Assembly (NCBI GenBank): GCA_018820085.1
Contig: JAHJOV010000034.1
Span: 1-63,776, forward strand
Source of the DNA: Patescibacteria group bacterium
GTDB taxonomy: Bacteria > Patescibacteriota > Minisyncoccia > Portnoybacterales > UBA2143
Reading direction: 5' to 3'
Length of the DNA stretch: 63,776 bases
Shown here: piece after piece, positions 17,735 through 26,357 of the stretch
How positions within the stretch are numbered: position 1 is the first letter of the stretch
Layout: every line of letters starts with the position of its first letter
Notes under the pieces: model-generated
Database searches by the model: none
Told to the model about the DNA's origin: nothing
Seen by the model: the letters and a program-made list of their open reading frames with translations, nothing else
Position numbers and translations under genes: made by a program

Positions 17735-18481
17735 TTAGTAATTAACATCATCTCTTGTCCTTGATTTTTTAATTATTTCAAAAGCTTCCTCAGCCGAATC
17801 AACTAAATGGTACAAATCCTCGTCTTTTTTGTCGATAAATTTGTAATGCTGATAAACTGTTTCTTCAATCCATTTAGCAAATGGCTTCCAGTAATCATTA
17901 CCGACGCAAACAATCGGAATATATTGAGGCATCTTTTCTGTCTGAATTAGAGTTAAAATTTCAAAAAATTCATCTAAGGTACCGAATCCACCTGGGAAAA
18001 AAATATAGGCCTGGGCTGAATAAGAAAGCATTATTTTTCTAGTAAAGAAATAATGAAAACCCATTGCTTTTTTAATATAATCATTAATTCTTTGTTCATA
18101 TTTCAATTGAATATTTAAACCGACTGAATCTCCTTTTTTTGATTCATAAGCACCACGATTAGCTGCTTCCATAATTCCAGGACCTCCGCCTGAAAAGACA
18201 GCGAAATTTTCATCAGCCAACATTTTAGCAAGTTTTTTAGCTTCTTGATAATAAGGATTAGAAGGTATAGTTCGAGCTGAACCAAAAAAAGTAACTGACT
18301 TTTTAAAATCACTTAAAAACTCAAAACCATCAACAAATTCAGCCATTATTCTGAAAATACGCCATTGAACTGACTCTTTAAAATCATCTCTCTCTTTTAA
18401 ACTCTCTCCTTGAGCAATTTTAGGAAGTTTTGAAGCTGGAACTAATATTCTCTTTTTTAATTCCTCTTGATGTTTAGTCAT
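17735..18481 (-). CDS. LOG-family (TIGR00730) Rossmann protein
   Basis: GGGPGIMEAANRGA and PGGFGTLDE motifs. Confidence 0.85.
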   Translation of the reverse strand: MTKHQEELKKRILVPASKLPKIAQGESLKERDDFKESVQWRIFRIMAEFVDGFEFLSDFKKSVTFFGSARTIPSNPYYQEAKKLAKMLADENFAVFSGGGPGIMEAANRGAYESKKGDSVGLNIQLKYEQRINDYIKKAMGFHYFFTRKIMLSYSAQAYIFFPGGFGTLDEFFEILTLIQTEKMPQYIPIVCVGNDYWKPFAKWIEETVYQHYKFIDKKDEDLYHLVDSAEEAFEIIKKSRTRDDVNY

Positions 18482-18485
18482 ATTT

Positions 18486-19874
18486 TTAATTAAGTTTACT
18501 ATTTTTATTGTTTTTTGTCAAAATGATTGATTGACCTAATACTGGAACAATAACATTCAAACCTAAATCTTGGGTTATCTTATCAGATAAAACTTGAGAT
18601 GGATTTTCTTCACCATGACAAACAAAAACTTTTTTAAGTTGAGAGGATCTTTTGGATATACCACCAACCCATTTGAGTAAACTTTTCTGATCAGCATGTG
18701 AAGAATAACCATCAACTCTAGCTATTTCCGCGTTAACTTCAACATTATGACCTAATATTTTAACATTTTTAGCCCCTTCAAAAATTTTTCTACCTAAAGT
18801 TCCTTCTACCTGATAAGTGACAAACAAAAGCATGTTTTTAGGATCAGATAAATATCTTAATTCATGATGGATAATTCTACCTCCTTGAGACATACCCGAA
18901 CCAGCGATAATAATCTTTGGACCAGCCACTTCATTTATTTCCTTAGATTTTTTAGTTGTTAATGTTAATTCTAAACCAGGAAAATTAAAAATATCATCAC
19001 CTGAAGAAAAAAGATCATAAGCCTCTTGATCATAATATTCAGGATATTTCCTGTAAATCTCTGTTAATTTAATAGCTAAAGGACTATCAACAAAAATAGG
19101 GACTGATGGAATTTTTTTATTTTCAACTAAATCATTAAAGTGATAAAGCAACCGTTGAGTTCTTTCTAAAGCGAAACTAGGGATTAACAAAACTCCATTC
19201 CGATTTATTGTCTTTTCAATAACCTCTTCTAGTAATTCTCTGGTATTACCCCTAACTTCGTGAATCCTATCTCCATAAGTTGATTCAACAATTAAATAAT
19301 TGGCATCCTCTATCTCAGCCGGATCATTAATAATTGGAGCTTGAGGATAACCGATGTCACCAGAAAAAACAATTTTAATACCTTTGGCCTCTAATTCAAC
19401 ACTAGCTGAACCTAAAATATGCCCAGCTTCTCTAAATTTAAATTTAATCTGATTACCTAAATCAACTTCCTCTCTATAGCCAACTGCTTCAAATCTATCC
19501 ATTAATTCTTTAATTTGTCGGCCATTCCAATTAAAACTTAAACCCTTACGGACTGCTTTTCGATGCAAGATTTTCTGACTATCTTCAAGCATAAAACCCA
19601 CAAAATCAACTGTTGGAGCTGTAGCAAAAACCTTACCTTTAAAACCATCGTTAAACAACTTAGGTAAACGACCAGTATGGTCAAGATGGGCGTGAGTAAT
19701 TAAAACAAAATCAATATCCTCTACCCGATAAGGAAAAGGTTCGTAATTTTTCTCTTCTATTCTTCTTGGTCCCTGAAAAAGACCACAATCAATCAAGATT
19801 TTTTTATCCCCGATTTCTAATAAATAGTTAGAGCCAGTCACCATTCTAGCTGCCCCATGAAAAGATAGTTTCAT
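18486..19874 (-). CDS. MBL-fold beta-CASP ribonuclease (CPSF73/RNase J-like)
   Basis: HAHLDHTG motif, followed by a beta-CASP-type region and C-terminal ...GYSSHAD. Confidence 0.8.
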   Translation of the reverse strand: MKLSFHGAARMVTGSNYLLEIGDKKILIDCGLFQGPRRIEEKNYEPFPYRVEDIDFVLITHAHLDHTGRLPKLFNDGFKGKVFATAPTVDFVGFMLEDSQKILHRKAVRKGLSFNWNGRQIKELMDRFEAVGYREEVDLGNQIKFKFREAGHILGSASVELEAKGIKIVFSGDIGYPQAPIINDPAEIEDANYLIVESTYGDRIHEVRGNTRELLEEVIEKTINRNGVLLIPSFALERTQRLLYHFNDLVENKKIPSVPIFVDSPLAIKLTEIYRKYPEYYDQEAYDLFSSGDDIFNFPGLELTLTTKKSKEINEVAGPKIIIAGSGMSQGGRIIHHELRYLSDPKNMLLFVTYQVEGTLGRKIFEGAKNVKILGHNVEVNAEIARVDGYSSHADQKSLLKWVGGISKRSSQLKKVFVCHGEENPSQVLSDKITQDLGLNVIVPVLGQSIILTKNNKNSKLN

Positions 19875-19883
19875 AAAATTATT

Positions 19884-20384
19884 CTATGTGTATTTATCAG
19901 CGACGGTGGAGGCAGCGTAGGATTCGGGTTTAATCATGGCTTTGAATCCATTACCTCGAACCATACCAACTACTTCTTTAATCATTTCTCTAGTTGGACC
20001 ATTTTGACCAACATCAATATGAATCTGAAAATCATAACTCGGTTCAGAAGTTTTCATTAATGGTTTTAATCGGTCCAAGATATTTTGAGCGCATTGTAAA
20101 GACAAAGCTACTTCCTGATGGATCCTATCTCTTAAAGTATGATAAACCTTTCCTCCATTATTTTTTTTCCAAAAATAGCGGCCGCCTTTACCAATTCGAT
20201 AAACAATAATAGCCGTGACAAAATCAGATGATTTATTCCCATTAACCCCATTGGAATCAGTTCCAACAATCAAACGATATTTTGATTGAGAATCTTCATT
20301 AATAAATCCAGAAATTTCCTGAGCTACTCTAATTAATTTTATCTGCCCACTACTCGGACTAAGAAAAGTATCTTTATCTTTCAT
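19884..20384 (-). CDS. RNase H-like YkuK/DUF458 family protein
   Basis: YRLIVGTDS...FVTAIIVYRIGKGGRYF...HIDVGQNGPT...IKPESYAAS resembles B. subtilis YkuK as I recall it. Confidence 0.6.
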   Translation of the reverse strand: MKDKDTFLSPSSGQIKLIRVAQEISGFINEDSQSKYRLIVGTDSNGVNGNKSSDFVTAIIVYRIGKGGRYFWKKNNGGKVYHTLRDRIHQEVALSLQCAQNILDRLKPLMKTSEPSYDFQIHIDVGQNGPTREMIKEVVGMVRGNGFKAMIKPESYAASTVADKYT

Positions 20385-20398
20385 TTTTTCACTATACC

Positions 20399-21538
20399 CT
20401 ACAAAAAGAAATAAATCAACTCATAAGCAGCGCCAATAACAAAGAAAATTATTAGAGAATAGACAAGAATTTTAGGCAAATTTAAAGAATAAGCTGGTTC
20501 TAAGTCTCCTTTAGTTTTGGCTTTAAGATAAATAAAAATCATCAAAATAGCGCTAATGGCTAGAAGAACCCCTCCACTAATACTAATAATTTTAATAAAA
20601 TCAGTTAGGCCTAAGATGAATAAAAATATCGGTAAAAAGCAAGCTAGAGCCCAAGAGATGTGCTTATTTATTTTAAAATCATACCAAAGAATTTTTTTAA
20701 GAGTTAAACCACAAGTTAAAAATGAAGTAAAAGTAGCCAAAACGCCAAAAAGCAAAACTAAAACAACAATCCCGTTACTAAGATGGTTTTTTAATCCAGC
20801 AATAGCTTCGGGCGTAGTTTCAGAACCAGTAATACCCAAGATTATAAAAACAAAAAAGAGAGAAATCAAAGCAGCTAAAGAAGTGGCTAAAATAATTACT
20901 TTTCTAAGATTTTTTGGTTTTTCAATTAGATATTCTCTGATTTCTGGAATAACGGAAAAACCAGCTAAAGAAAAAAGAATAGCCCCGTAAGGCAAAAATA
21001 AATATTTAGAATCAAAAACGAATAAGTGGACTGGATTAATTACTGAAGCCCCTTTGTAAAAAATAAGCCCTAAAATAATTAAGAAAAAAACTAACATAAC
21101 TGACTCAACTCTAGCAATGCTTTTAACGCCAAAGAAGATCAAAAAAGCCCCTAAAACAAAAAAGGTATACACATAAAGAGTGCTATTACCTCCTAAAATA
21201 GGAACAAGAATAGAGCCCAAAAAGCCACCGCCAACAATGATATAAGCTAGAACCGCTATAATCAAACCAAGTCCACTGGAAAAAAGAGCCAGGTTTTTTG
21301 CCCAACCACCTAAATATTTTTTAGCATAACCAGGTAAACGATGCTTTTCCCTGGTTCTTAAAATCACTTCCCCATAAAGTAACTCAAAAAGAATAGTTAT
21401 TCCACCCAAAATGAGAAAATAAAAAAGCATTGTCCAAATACCAACTCGAGAAGCAATAAATGGTAGACTAAAAATACCAACACCAATAATATGCCCCATC
21501 AAAATGGCCAATGCTTGAAAAAATCTTTTGTTCATCAA
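20399..21538 (-). CDS. Polytopic membrane transporter, amino-acid permease-like
   Basis: 379 aa with about 11 predicted TM helices. The family assignment is tentative. Confidence 0.4.
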   Translation of the reverse strand: MMNKRFFQALAILMGHIIGVGIFSLPFIASRVGIWTMLFYFLILGGITILFELLYGEVILRTREKHRLPGYAKKYLGGWAKNLALFSSGLGLIIAVLAYIIVGGGFLGSILVPILGGNSTLYVYTFFVLGAFLIFFGVKSIARVESVMLVFFLIILGLIFYKGASVINPVHLFVFDSKYLFLPYGAILFSLAGFSVIPEIREYLIEKPKNLRKVIILATSLAALISLFFVFIILGITGSETTPEAIAGLKNHLSNGIVVLVLLFGVLATFTSFLTCGLTLKKILWYDFKINKHISWALACFLPIFLFILGLTDFIKIISISGGVLLAISAILMIFIYLKAKTKGDLEPAYSLNLPKILVYSLIIFFVIGAAYELIYFFL

Positions 21539-21810
21539 TAAGTTGGCAAATATCCTTGCTCAACCGCCCAGTTAGTTAAAAGGAGAAAAGCTATTCCCAA
21601 AAAAATAGAAAAAACAAAGATAGTCCGACCCTGTTTTTTTAAATCTGGCTCAGTCCAAAAAGCAACGGCTAAAATAATTCCAGCAATGGGACTAATTATG
21701 GCAACAGTAATGCCCATCCAAAACCACTTCCGACTGGAAGTCAAACTAATTTTCTCTTTTCCTTTATCTGAAGAATCGGTTAAAGGTGATACAGATTTTT
21801 CGTTATTCAT
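21535..21810 (-). CDS. Small membrane protein, hypothetical
   Basis: 91 aa with two hydrophobic helices. Translationally coupled (4-nt overlaps) with both neighbours. Confidence 0.5.
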   Translation of the reverse strand: MNNEKSVSPLTDSSDKGKEKISLTSSRKWFWMGITVAIISPIAGIILAVAFWTEPDLKKQGRTIFVFSIFLGIAFLLLTNWAVEQGYLPTY

Positions 21811-22172
21811 AATTTTTTTTCTGGCAAAGCATGGATATCTTCATAAAGCGGAGCTCCACCAATTAGATGAAGATGAATATGATCTATTTCCTGCCCACCA
21901 TATTTTTTTACTCTAAATAATAATTTATATCCATTAGTTGATAAATCAAAATCATCAGCTATTTTTTTAGCGACCAGAATCATTTGACCCATTAAATCTT
22001 TATCTTTTTCTACAATATCAGAAATAAAAGAAATATGCTTTTTGGAAATAATTAAAATATGAATAGGAGCAATCGGATGAAGATCTTTAAAAGCAACCAC
22101 CTGCTCATCCTGATAAATAAAATCAGTCTTTATTTCCCCAACTATAATCTTGCAAAAAATGCAGTTTTTCAT
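21807..22172 (-). CDS. HIT-family (histidine triad) protein
   Basis: HIHLHLIGG triad and N-terminal CIFCKI. The ORF-track N-terminal 19 aa are read out of the palindromic repeat, so I trimmed to ATG 22172. Confidence 0.85.
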   Translation of the reverse strand: MKNCIFCKIIVGEIKTDFIYQDEQVVAFKDLHPIAPIHILIISKKHISFISDIVEKDKDLMGQMILVAKKIADDFDLSTNGYKLLFRVKKYGGQEIDHIHLHLIGGAPLYEDIHALPEKKL

Positions 22173-22184
22173 AGTTCTAACCCC

Positions 22185-22248
22185 GAGGTCGGACCTTATT
22201 TTGCCGAACCTCTGCTGAGGTGCGGACAAAATAATGTACGACCTCTAA
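22185..22248. repeat. 64-bp palindromic element (type I, inverted orientation, one degenerate arm)
   Basis: GAGGTCGGACCTTATTTTGCCGAACCTCTGCTGAGGTGCGGACAAAATAATGTACGACCTCTAA. Confidence 0.85.
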
Positions 22249-22273
22249 ACACCACCTCTAAACAAAACCCCCT

Positions 22274-23545
22274 TTATTTCTTTAATCTCTTTTTAATTTT
22301 CGCAATTACCTTACTTAAAGGTACTGTTTCCTGACTACTAGAATTCATATCTCGAATAATAATCGTCTCATCTAAGGCTTCTTTTTGCCCTAAAATTAAA
22401 GCAAAACGAGCGCCCATTTTATCAGCTCTTTTTAATTGAGCTTGCATAGTATTACGACTAAAAGAACTAGCTACTCCTAGACCAGATCGACGAAGCTCTT
22501 CAAATAGTTTTAAAGATTTTTTCTTACCTAATTCACCTAATTGAATAAGGAAAATTATTGGCTTGGTTCTAGTATTAATCTTAATACTTCTTTCCTGTAT
22601 TAAATTAATCATTCTATCTAAACCTATAGCAAAACCAACTCCTGACATATCTTTACCACCCAATAGTTTAATCAATCCATCATAGCGACCGCCTCCGGCC
22701 AAAGCGATTTGACGACCTTCTTCATCATCGGGCCAAATTTCAAAAACCGTCTTGGTATAATAGTCTAATCCTCGAACTAAATGAGGATTTAAAATGTAAG
22801 GAATTTCCATCTCGTCTAGATATTCTAAAACACTTCTAAAATGACTATGACAATCATCGCAAAGATGATCGATAATCTGAGGAACGTTTTCAGCTATCTT
22901 AATACATTTAAGTTCCTTACAATCCAACAATCTTAAAAGATTTCGTTGAGCGCGTTTCTGGCAATCGCTACAAAGATGTTTTTTCTTGCTTCGATAAAAA
23001 CTGACTAACATTCTTCGATAATTAGGTCGACAACGAGAACAACCAATACTGTTAATTTGAGTAATTAGATTTTTTAAACCTAAATCCTTACTAATTGAGA
23101 AGAATAATTGAATTAACTGAGCATCTAAAATAGGATCCTTTTCACCAATAACCTCAAAATTAGCTTGATAAGATTGTCGATATCGTCCTTTTTGTTTTCT
23201 TTCATAGCGAAAAATTGGACCAAGACTAAAAAGTTTTACTGGATGAGGCAAGCGAGATAATCCATTTTCTAAATATGCTCGAATAACAGCCGGAGTAAAC
23301 TCTGGACGCAAAGTTAATTGATCGCCTCCTTTAGTTCTTAAACTATACATTTCCTTTTCAACGATATCAGTGTATTGACCAGTTCCTTTGATAAACAAAT
23401 CAACCTCCTCAAGAATTGGTGTTTCCAAAAAACCAAAACCATAATCCTTAGCTAAATTCTTAACTACTTGCTTAATTTTTTCCCAATAAACCTGATCTTC
23501 AGGCAGAATATCCCTCATTCCTTTAGGAGCTTGAAATTTTGGCAT
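22274..23545 (-). CDS. hisS: Histidine--tRNA ligase
   Basis: MPKFQAPKGMRDILPED..., class II motifs, and GGGRYDGL. Trimmed to ATG 23545, just after the lepB stop. Confidence 0.95.
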   Translation of the reverse strand: MPKFQAPKGMRDILPEDQVYWEKIKQVVKNLAKDYGFGFLETPILEEVDLFIKGTGQYTDIVEKEMYSLRTKGGDQLTLRPEFTPAVIRAYLENGLSRLPHPVKLFSLGPIFRYERKQKGRYRQSYQANFEVIGEKDPILDAQLIQLFFSISKDLGLKNLITQINSIGCSRCRPNYRRMLVSFYRSKKKHLCSDCQKRAQRNLLRLLDCKELKCIKIAENVPQIIDHLCDDCHSHFRSVLEYLDEMEIPYILNPHLVRGLDYYTKTVFEIWPDDEEGRQIALAGGGRYDGLIKLLGGKDMSGVGFAIGLDRMINLIQERSIKINTRTKPIIFLIQLGELGKKKSLKLFEELRRSGLGVASSFSRNTMQAQLKRADKMGARFALILGQKEALDETIIIRDMNSSSQETVPLSKVIAKIKKRLKK

Positions 23546-23549
23546 AAAT

Positions 23550-24086
23550 TTAAAATATTTTAGCTGTATCGAAAGGCCAAGCCCGCAACCAAACTCGACC
23601 AATAATATTATCTCCTGGTAAAACTCCCCATTGACGTGAATCAGAACTTTTTCCGCGATTATCACCCAAGACAAAATATTCATCTTCGCCTAATTTAAGA
23701 TGTATATTACCTTGAGTAATAATTCCTTCTGATAAATAAACTGACTCATCTAATAATTGACCCTCAGGGAACTCCTTATTATAAATAATAACTCGTCCAT
23801 CTTTAACCTCAACTGCTTCATCAGGTAATCCAATTATTCTCTTGATATAATATTCTGATGGATTAATTGGATTTTTGAAAACAATTACTTGACCCCGAGT
23901 TGGATCTTCAAAACGATAGCCAATTTCATTAATAACCAAATATTGCCCATTATCAAAATTAGGTTCCATAGAGGAACCCCGAACAAAAAACGGTTGAATT
24001 AAAAAATATCTAATAGGAATTATAATTGCTAAGGAAATAACAACAATCTTAACAACTTCCCAAATAAAAATAAATACCTTTTTCAT
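23550..24086 (-). CDS. lepB: Signal peptidase I
   Basis: N-terminal TM, GSSMEPN (catalytic Ser box), and GDNRGKSSDSR box. Confidence 0.9.
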   Translation of the reverse strand: MKKVFIFIWEVVKIVVISLAIIIPIRYFLIQPFFVRGSSMEPNFDNGQYLVINEIGYRFEDPTRGQVIVFKNPINPSEYYIKRIIGLPDEAVEVKDGRVIIYNKEFPEGQLLDESVYLSEGIITQGNIHLKLGEDEYFVLGDNRGKSSDSRQWGVLPGDNIIGRVWLRAWPFDTAKIF

Positions 24087-24095
24087 AGTTAATTC

Positions 24096-24124
24096 ATTCT
24101 AACTTTTTTCACAAAAAAAATCAA
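24096..24124 (-). promoter_or_regulatory. Sigma70-like promoter for lepB-hisS (near-leaderless)
   Basis: Minus strand TTGATT (24124-24119), 17 nt spacer, TAGAAT (24101-24096), then 9 nt to the ATG. Confidence 0.45.
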
Positions 24125-24170
24125 ATTTTTGCAATCTTTGCACTTACTTATTGAACTAACCCTTTTTGAA

Positions 24171-24199
24171 TTGACAAATATATCGCATTATGCTATATT
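24171..24199 (+). promoter_or_regulatory. Sigma70-like promoter for the DGR target gene
   Basis: TTGACA (24171-24176), 17 nt spacer, TATATT (24194-24199). Confidence 0.55.
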
Positions 24200-24272
24200 A
24201 ACAGAAAGTTAAAATTCTTTGAAATATGAATATTTTTTAGAAAAAACCAAAACCAAGCAAAGGAGGTTTGTC

Positions 24273-25004
24273 ATGACAAAGAAAGAATTGTGTAAAGATC
24301 AGCGCGAAGGATTGATTGCCAAGCTAACGGCCTTTTTCAAAGGCCTGGGAGCCGAGGTAATCGACGATGTGGTGGCCGAGGCCAAAAAACAGGCCAATGC
24401 CGAAACGGTTGAAGACCGCAAGAATGGACTGGCCAAACTATTTGATAACCAGCTCGAAACCCTGAAATCCCAGAACTGCCCGCAAGCCATTCTGGAAGCG
24501 TTCCAGAACAAAAAGAGCGATGTGCTCAACAAGGCGGCCGAGATGGAAATTCCCGAAGGGAATATTCCTTTCGTGCCAGTCATCCCCCGTTCTTACATGG
24601 GTATTTACGGACTTATGCCCATGGTCCGCAATGACGACAAGATGGGTTACACCTACCTTAATCCGAACGAGATGACCGACAACGAAGAAGAAATCCCAAA
24701 AAATCCATATTACATCTATGATATTGAGCCCGGGAAAGTCACCCTCGGTAAATCGCCAGAAGACGCCGAGAAGATTATCAAAAAACAGAACCGTCTGCGC
24801 CACATCACTGATGAAGACATTGCTGTTTGCGTTCACACGGACGTCTTATCGGATCACTATCTCTGGAGCACCGGTTCCCGCTACGAGCATTCCGACGAGG
24901 TGCCGTTTGTCTGCCTCGGCGGCGACGGGCCGGTGCTCGTCTGGGTCGGCGCTGGCAGCTCGTTTGACGGGTGGGGTTCCGCTTCGTGCCGTAGTCGGGC
25001 TTAG
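24273..25004 (+). CDS. DGR variable (target) protein, orphan N-terminal region, C-terminal VR
   Basis: AGGAGG at 24261-24266 then ATG 24273 (ORF-track start 24219 trimmed). Visibly GC-rich compared with neighbours. The last 42 codons are the VR. No signal peptide or TM segment is apparent. Confidence 0.85.
   Translation: MTKKELCKDQREGLIAKLTAFFKGLGAEVIDDVVAEAKKQANAETVEDRKNGLAKLFDNQLETLKSQNCPQAILEAFQNKKSDVLNKAAEMEIPEGNIPFVPVIPRSYMGIYGLMPMVRNDDKMGYTYLNPNEMTDNEEEIPKNPYYIYDIEPGKVTLGKSPEDAEKIIKKQNRLRHITDEDIAVCVHTDVLSDHYLWSTGSRYEHSDEVPFVCLGGDGPVLVWVGAGSSFDGWGSASCRSRA
24872..24996 (+). repeat. DGR variable repeat (VR)
   Basis: 125 bp matching the reverse complement of 26762-26886. 24 mismatches by hand count, all at TR adenines, falling in 15 codons at positions 1-2. 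The last 26 nt (GTGGGGTTCCGCTTCGTGCCGTAGTC) are invariant. Confidence 0.9.
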
Positions 25005-25096
25005 GTTCTTGGCGCCTTGGACCTTTTGGTTTTTTGTTCTTTGTTTTCGCCGAAGGCGACCGCTACAAATTTTTACGCTAAACGCGTACACCCCAA

Positions 25097-25135
25097 GGGT
25101 AGGTCAGAAATGATCTACCCTTCTTTATTTTCAAT
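25097..25135 (+). terminator. Terminator of DGR target gene
   Basis: GGGTAG-GTCAGAAATGAT-CTACCC followed by TTCTTTATTTT. Confidence 0.6.
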
Positions 25136-25157
25136 AATTTTTATAGTACAATAAAAA

Positions 25158-25306
25158 TGCTGCCTATATTGACTGGGAATACCCCATGGGCGATTGCTTC
25201 TTTAGTTCCAATTGCGGGCTGAAAGGGGCAGTCGCACTTCCACAATTGGAGCCCTTTGGGGTTTCAGTCAATGTGGGCAGCAGGTCGGCTGTCCCTTTTT
25301 GTTTTT
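25158..25306 (+). ncRNA. Candidate structured RNA (rod-like, nested helices) with competing intrinsic terminator
   Basis: P1 is 25158-25175/25265-25282 (18 bp, two U-G pairs valid only in plus sense). P2 is 25181-25191/25251-25262. P3 is 25207-25214/25243-25250. The apical stem is 25217-25221/25229-25233. The terminator stem 25275-25281/25288-25295 plus T-run shares its 5' arm with the P1 3' arm. Confidence 0.4.
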
Positions 25307-26355
25307 CATGGATTTTTCAGCCACTCCCACATTTTATGTCTTAGCTCTTGCTCCAACTTATAGCTATTGGCGTGACTTAATACTCCTAGATAAGAATTGA
25401 ATGATTGCATCAGTGTTTTCTCATCTATTTTCCCTCTTTTATATTCTTTAACTCTTTGCCTCAATTTCTTGAAAATTCTTTGTTTGGTTTTAGTTCTTAA
25501 AACAATGGCTTTGGGCAGGATTACATAACCCAGAAAATCAATTCCCTGCTGGTATTTGCGGATAGTGACTTTGTCGGGATGAAATGATAATTTCAGTTCT
25601 TTTTTAAGAAAAACTTCAATCTGATTCTTTAAATCAGATAAGTAGTCCTGATTATGATGAACAATAATAAAATCGTCGGCATAGCGAACATAATATTTCG
25701 CTTTGAGCCGATCTTTAATAAACTGGTCCATTTCATTCATATAAACATTGACCAGTATTTGCGAAGCAAGATTGCCAATCGGAGTTCCCTTTTTATTTCT
25801 TTTGGTGGTGAATTCCGACTCAAAACTTTTGACAATCTTTTTTATCAGCCATAAAGCGTTTTTATCTTTAATTCTTTTAGCAATAATATTCATTAATATT
25901 TTGTGATCAATAGTTGGAAAGAACTTCTTAATATCACACTTTAAAACAAAACATTTGCCGTAGGTTTGGTAAACAGCTTTTAACATTTTGTCCAACTTGA
26001 TAACCGCCCGGTGAGTTCCTTTTTCCTTTCGGGATGAATAAGAGGTATAAACAAAGGTCGGATTAAAAATAGGGTAGAGTTTTCGGTGGATGGCATGATG
26101 AACGATTCTGTCTCTGACCGTTGCTTTGTGGATGTGCCTTCTTTTTGGGTCGTTAATGTAAAAACCGACATATTGGCCATGCTTGTATCTCTTGCTTTTT
26201 AATTCCTGGTGAAGGGCAAACAGATTATCTTCCAGATGAAGCTCAAATTCCTGAACATCTAATTTCTCTCTCTTGCCTTTCTTGAATTCATCCCAAGCCA
26301 AAAGCAAATTCTCCATTGAAATTATATCCTTAAAAATGTCTTTATAAATCTTCAT
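25306..26355 (-). CDS. DGR reverse transcriptase
   Basis: TPIGNLASQILVNVY (the IGxxxSQ motif characteristic of DGR RTs), YADDFIIV, GIDFLGYVI. Alignable by eye to Bordetella phage Brt. I prefer ATG 26355 (MKIYKDIF...) over the TTG 26394 of the ORF track. Confidence 0.9.
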   Translation of the reverse strand: MKIYKDIFKDIISMENLLLAWDEFKKGKREKLDVQEFELHLEDNLFALHQELKSKRYKHGQYVGFYINDPKRRHIHKATVRDRIVHHAIHRKLYPIFNPTFVYTSYSSRKEKGTHRAVIKLDKMLKAVYQTYGKCFVLKCDIKKFFPTIDHKILMNIIAKRIKDKNALWLIKKIVKSFESEFTTKRNKKGTPIGNLASQILVNVYMNEMDQFIKDRLKAKYYVRYADDFIIVHHNQDYLSDLKNQIEVFLKKELKLSFHPDKVTIRKYQQGIDFLGYVILPKAIVLRTKTKQRIFKKLRQRVKEYKRGKIDEKTLMQSFNSYLGVLSHANSYKLEQELRHKMWEWLKNP

Positions 26356-26357
26356 AT

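Noticed and set aside
24299-25113. Four overlapping ORFs (24299-24583 minus, 24438-24836 minus, 24718-25113 plus, 24846-25091 minus) inside the DGR target gene
   Set aside because: The region is GC-rich, so stop codons are rare in all frames. Only the 24273-25004 frame has an SD, a promoter, and a VR whose template adenines fall at codon positions 1-2.
25212-25400. 62-aa plus-strand ORF across the VR-RT spacer
   Set aside because: It has no RBS, crosses the predicted terminator, and runs antisense into the RT 3' end. The region is better explained as structured RNA.
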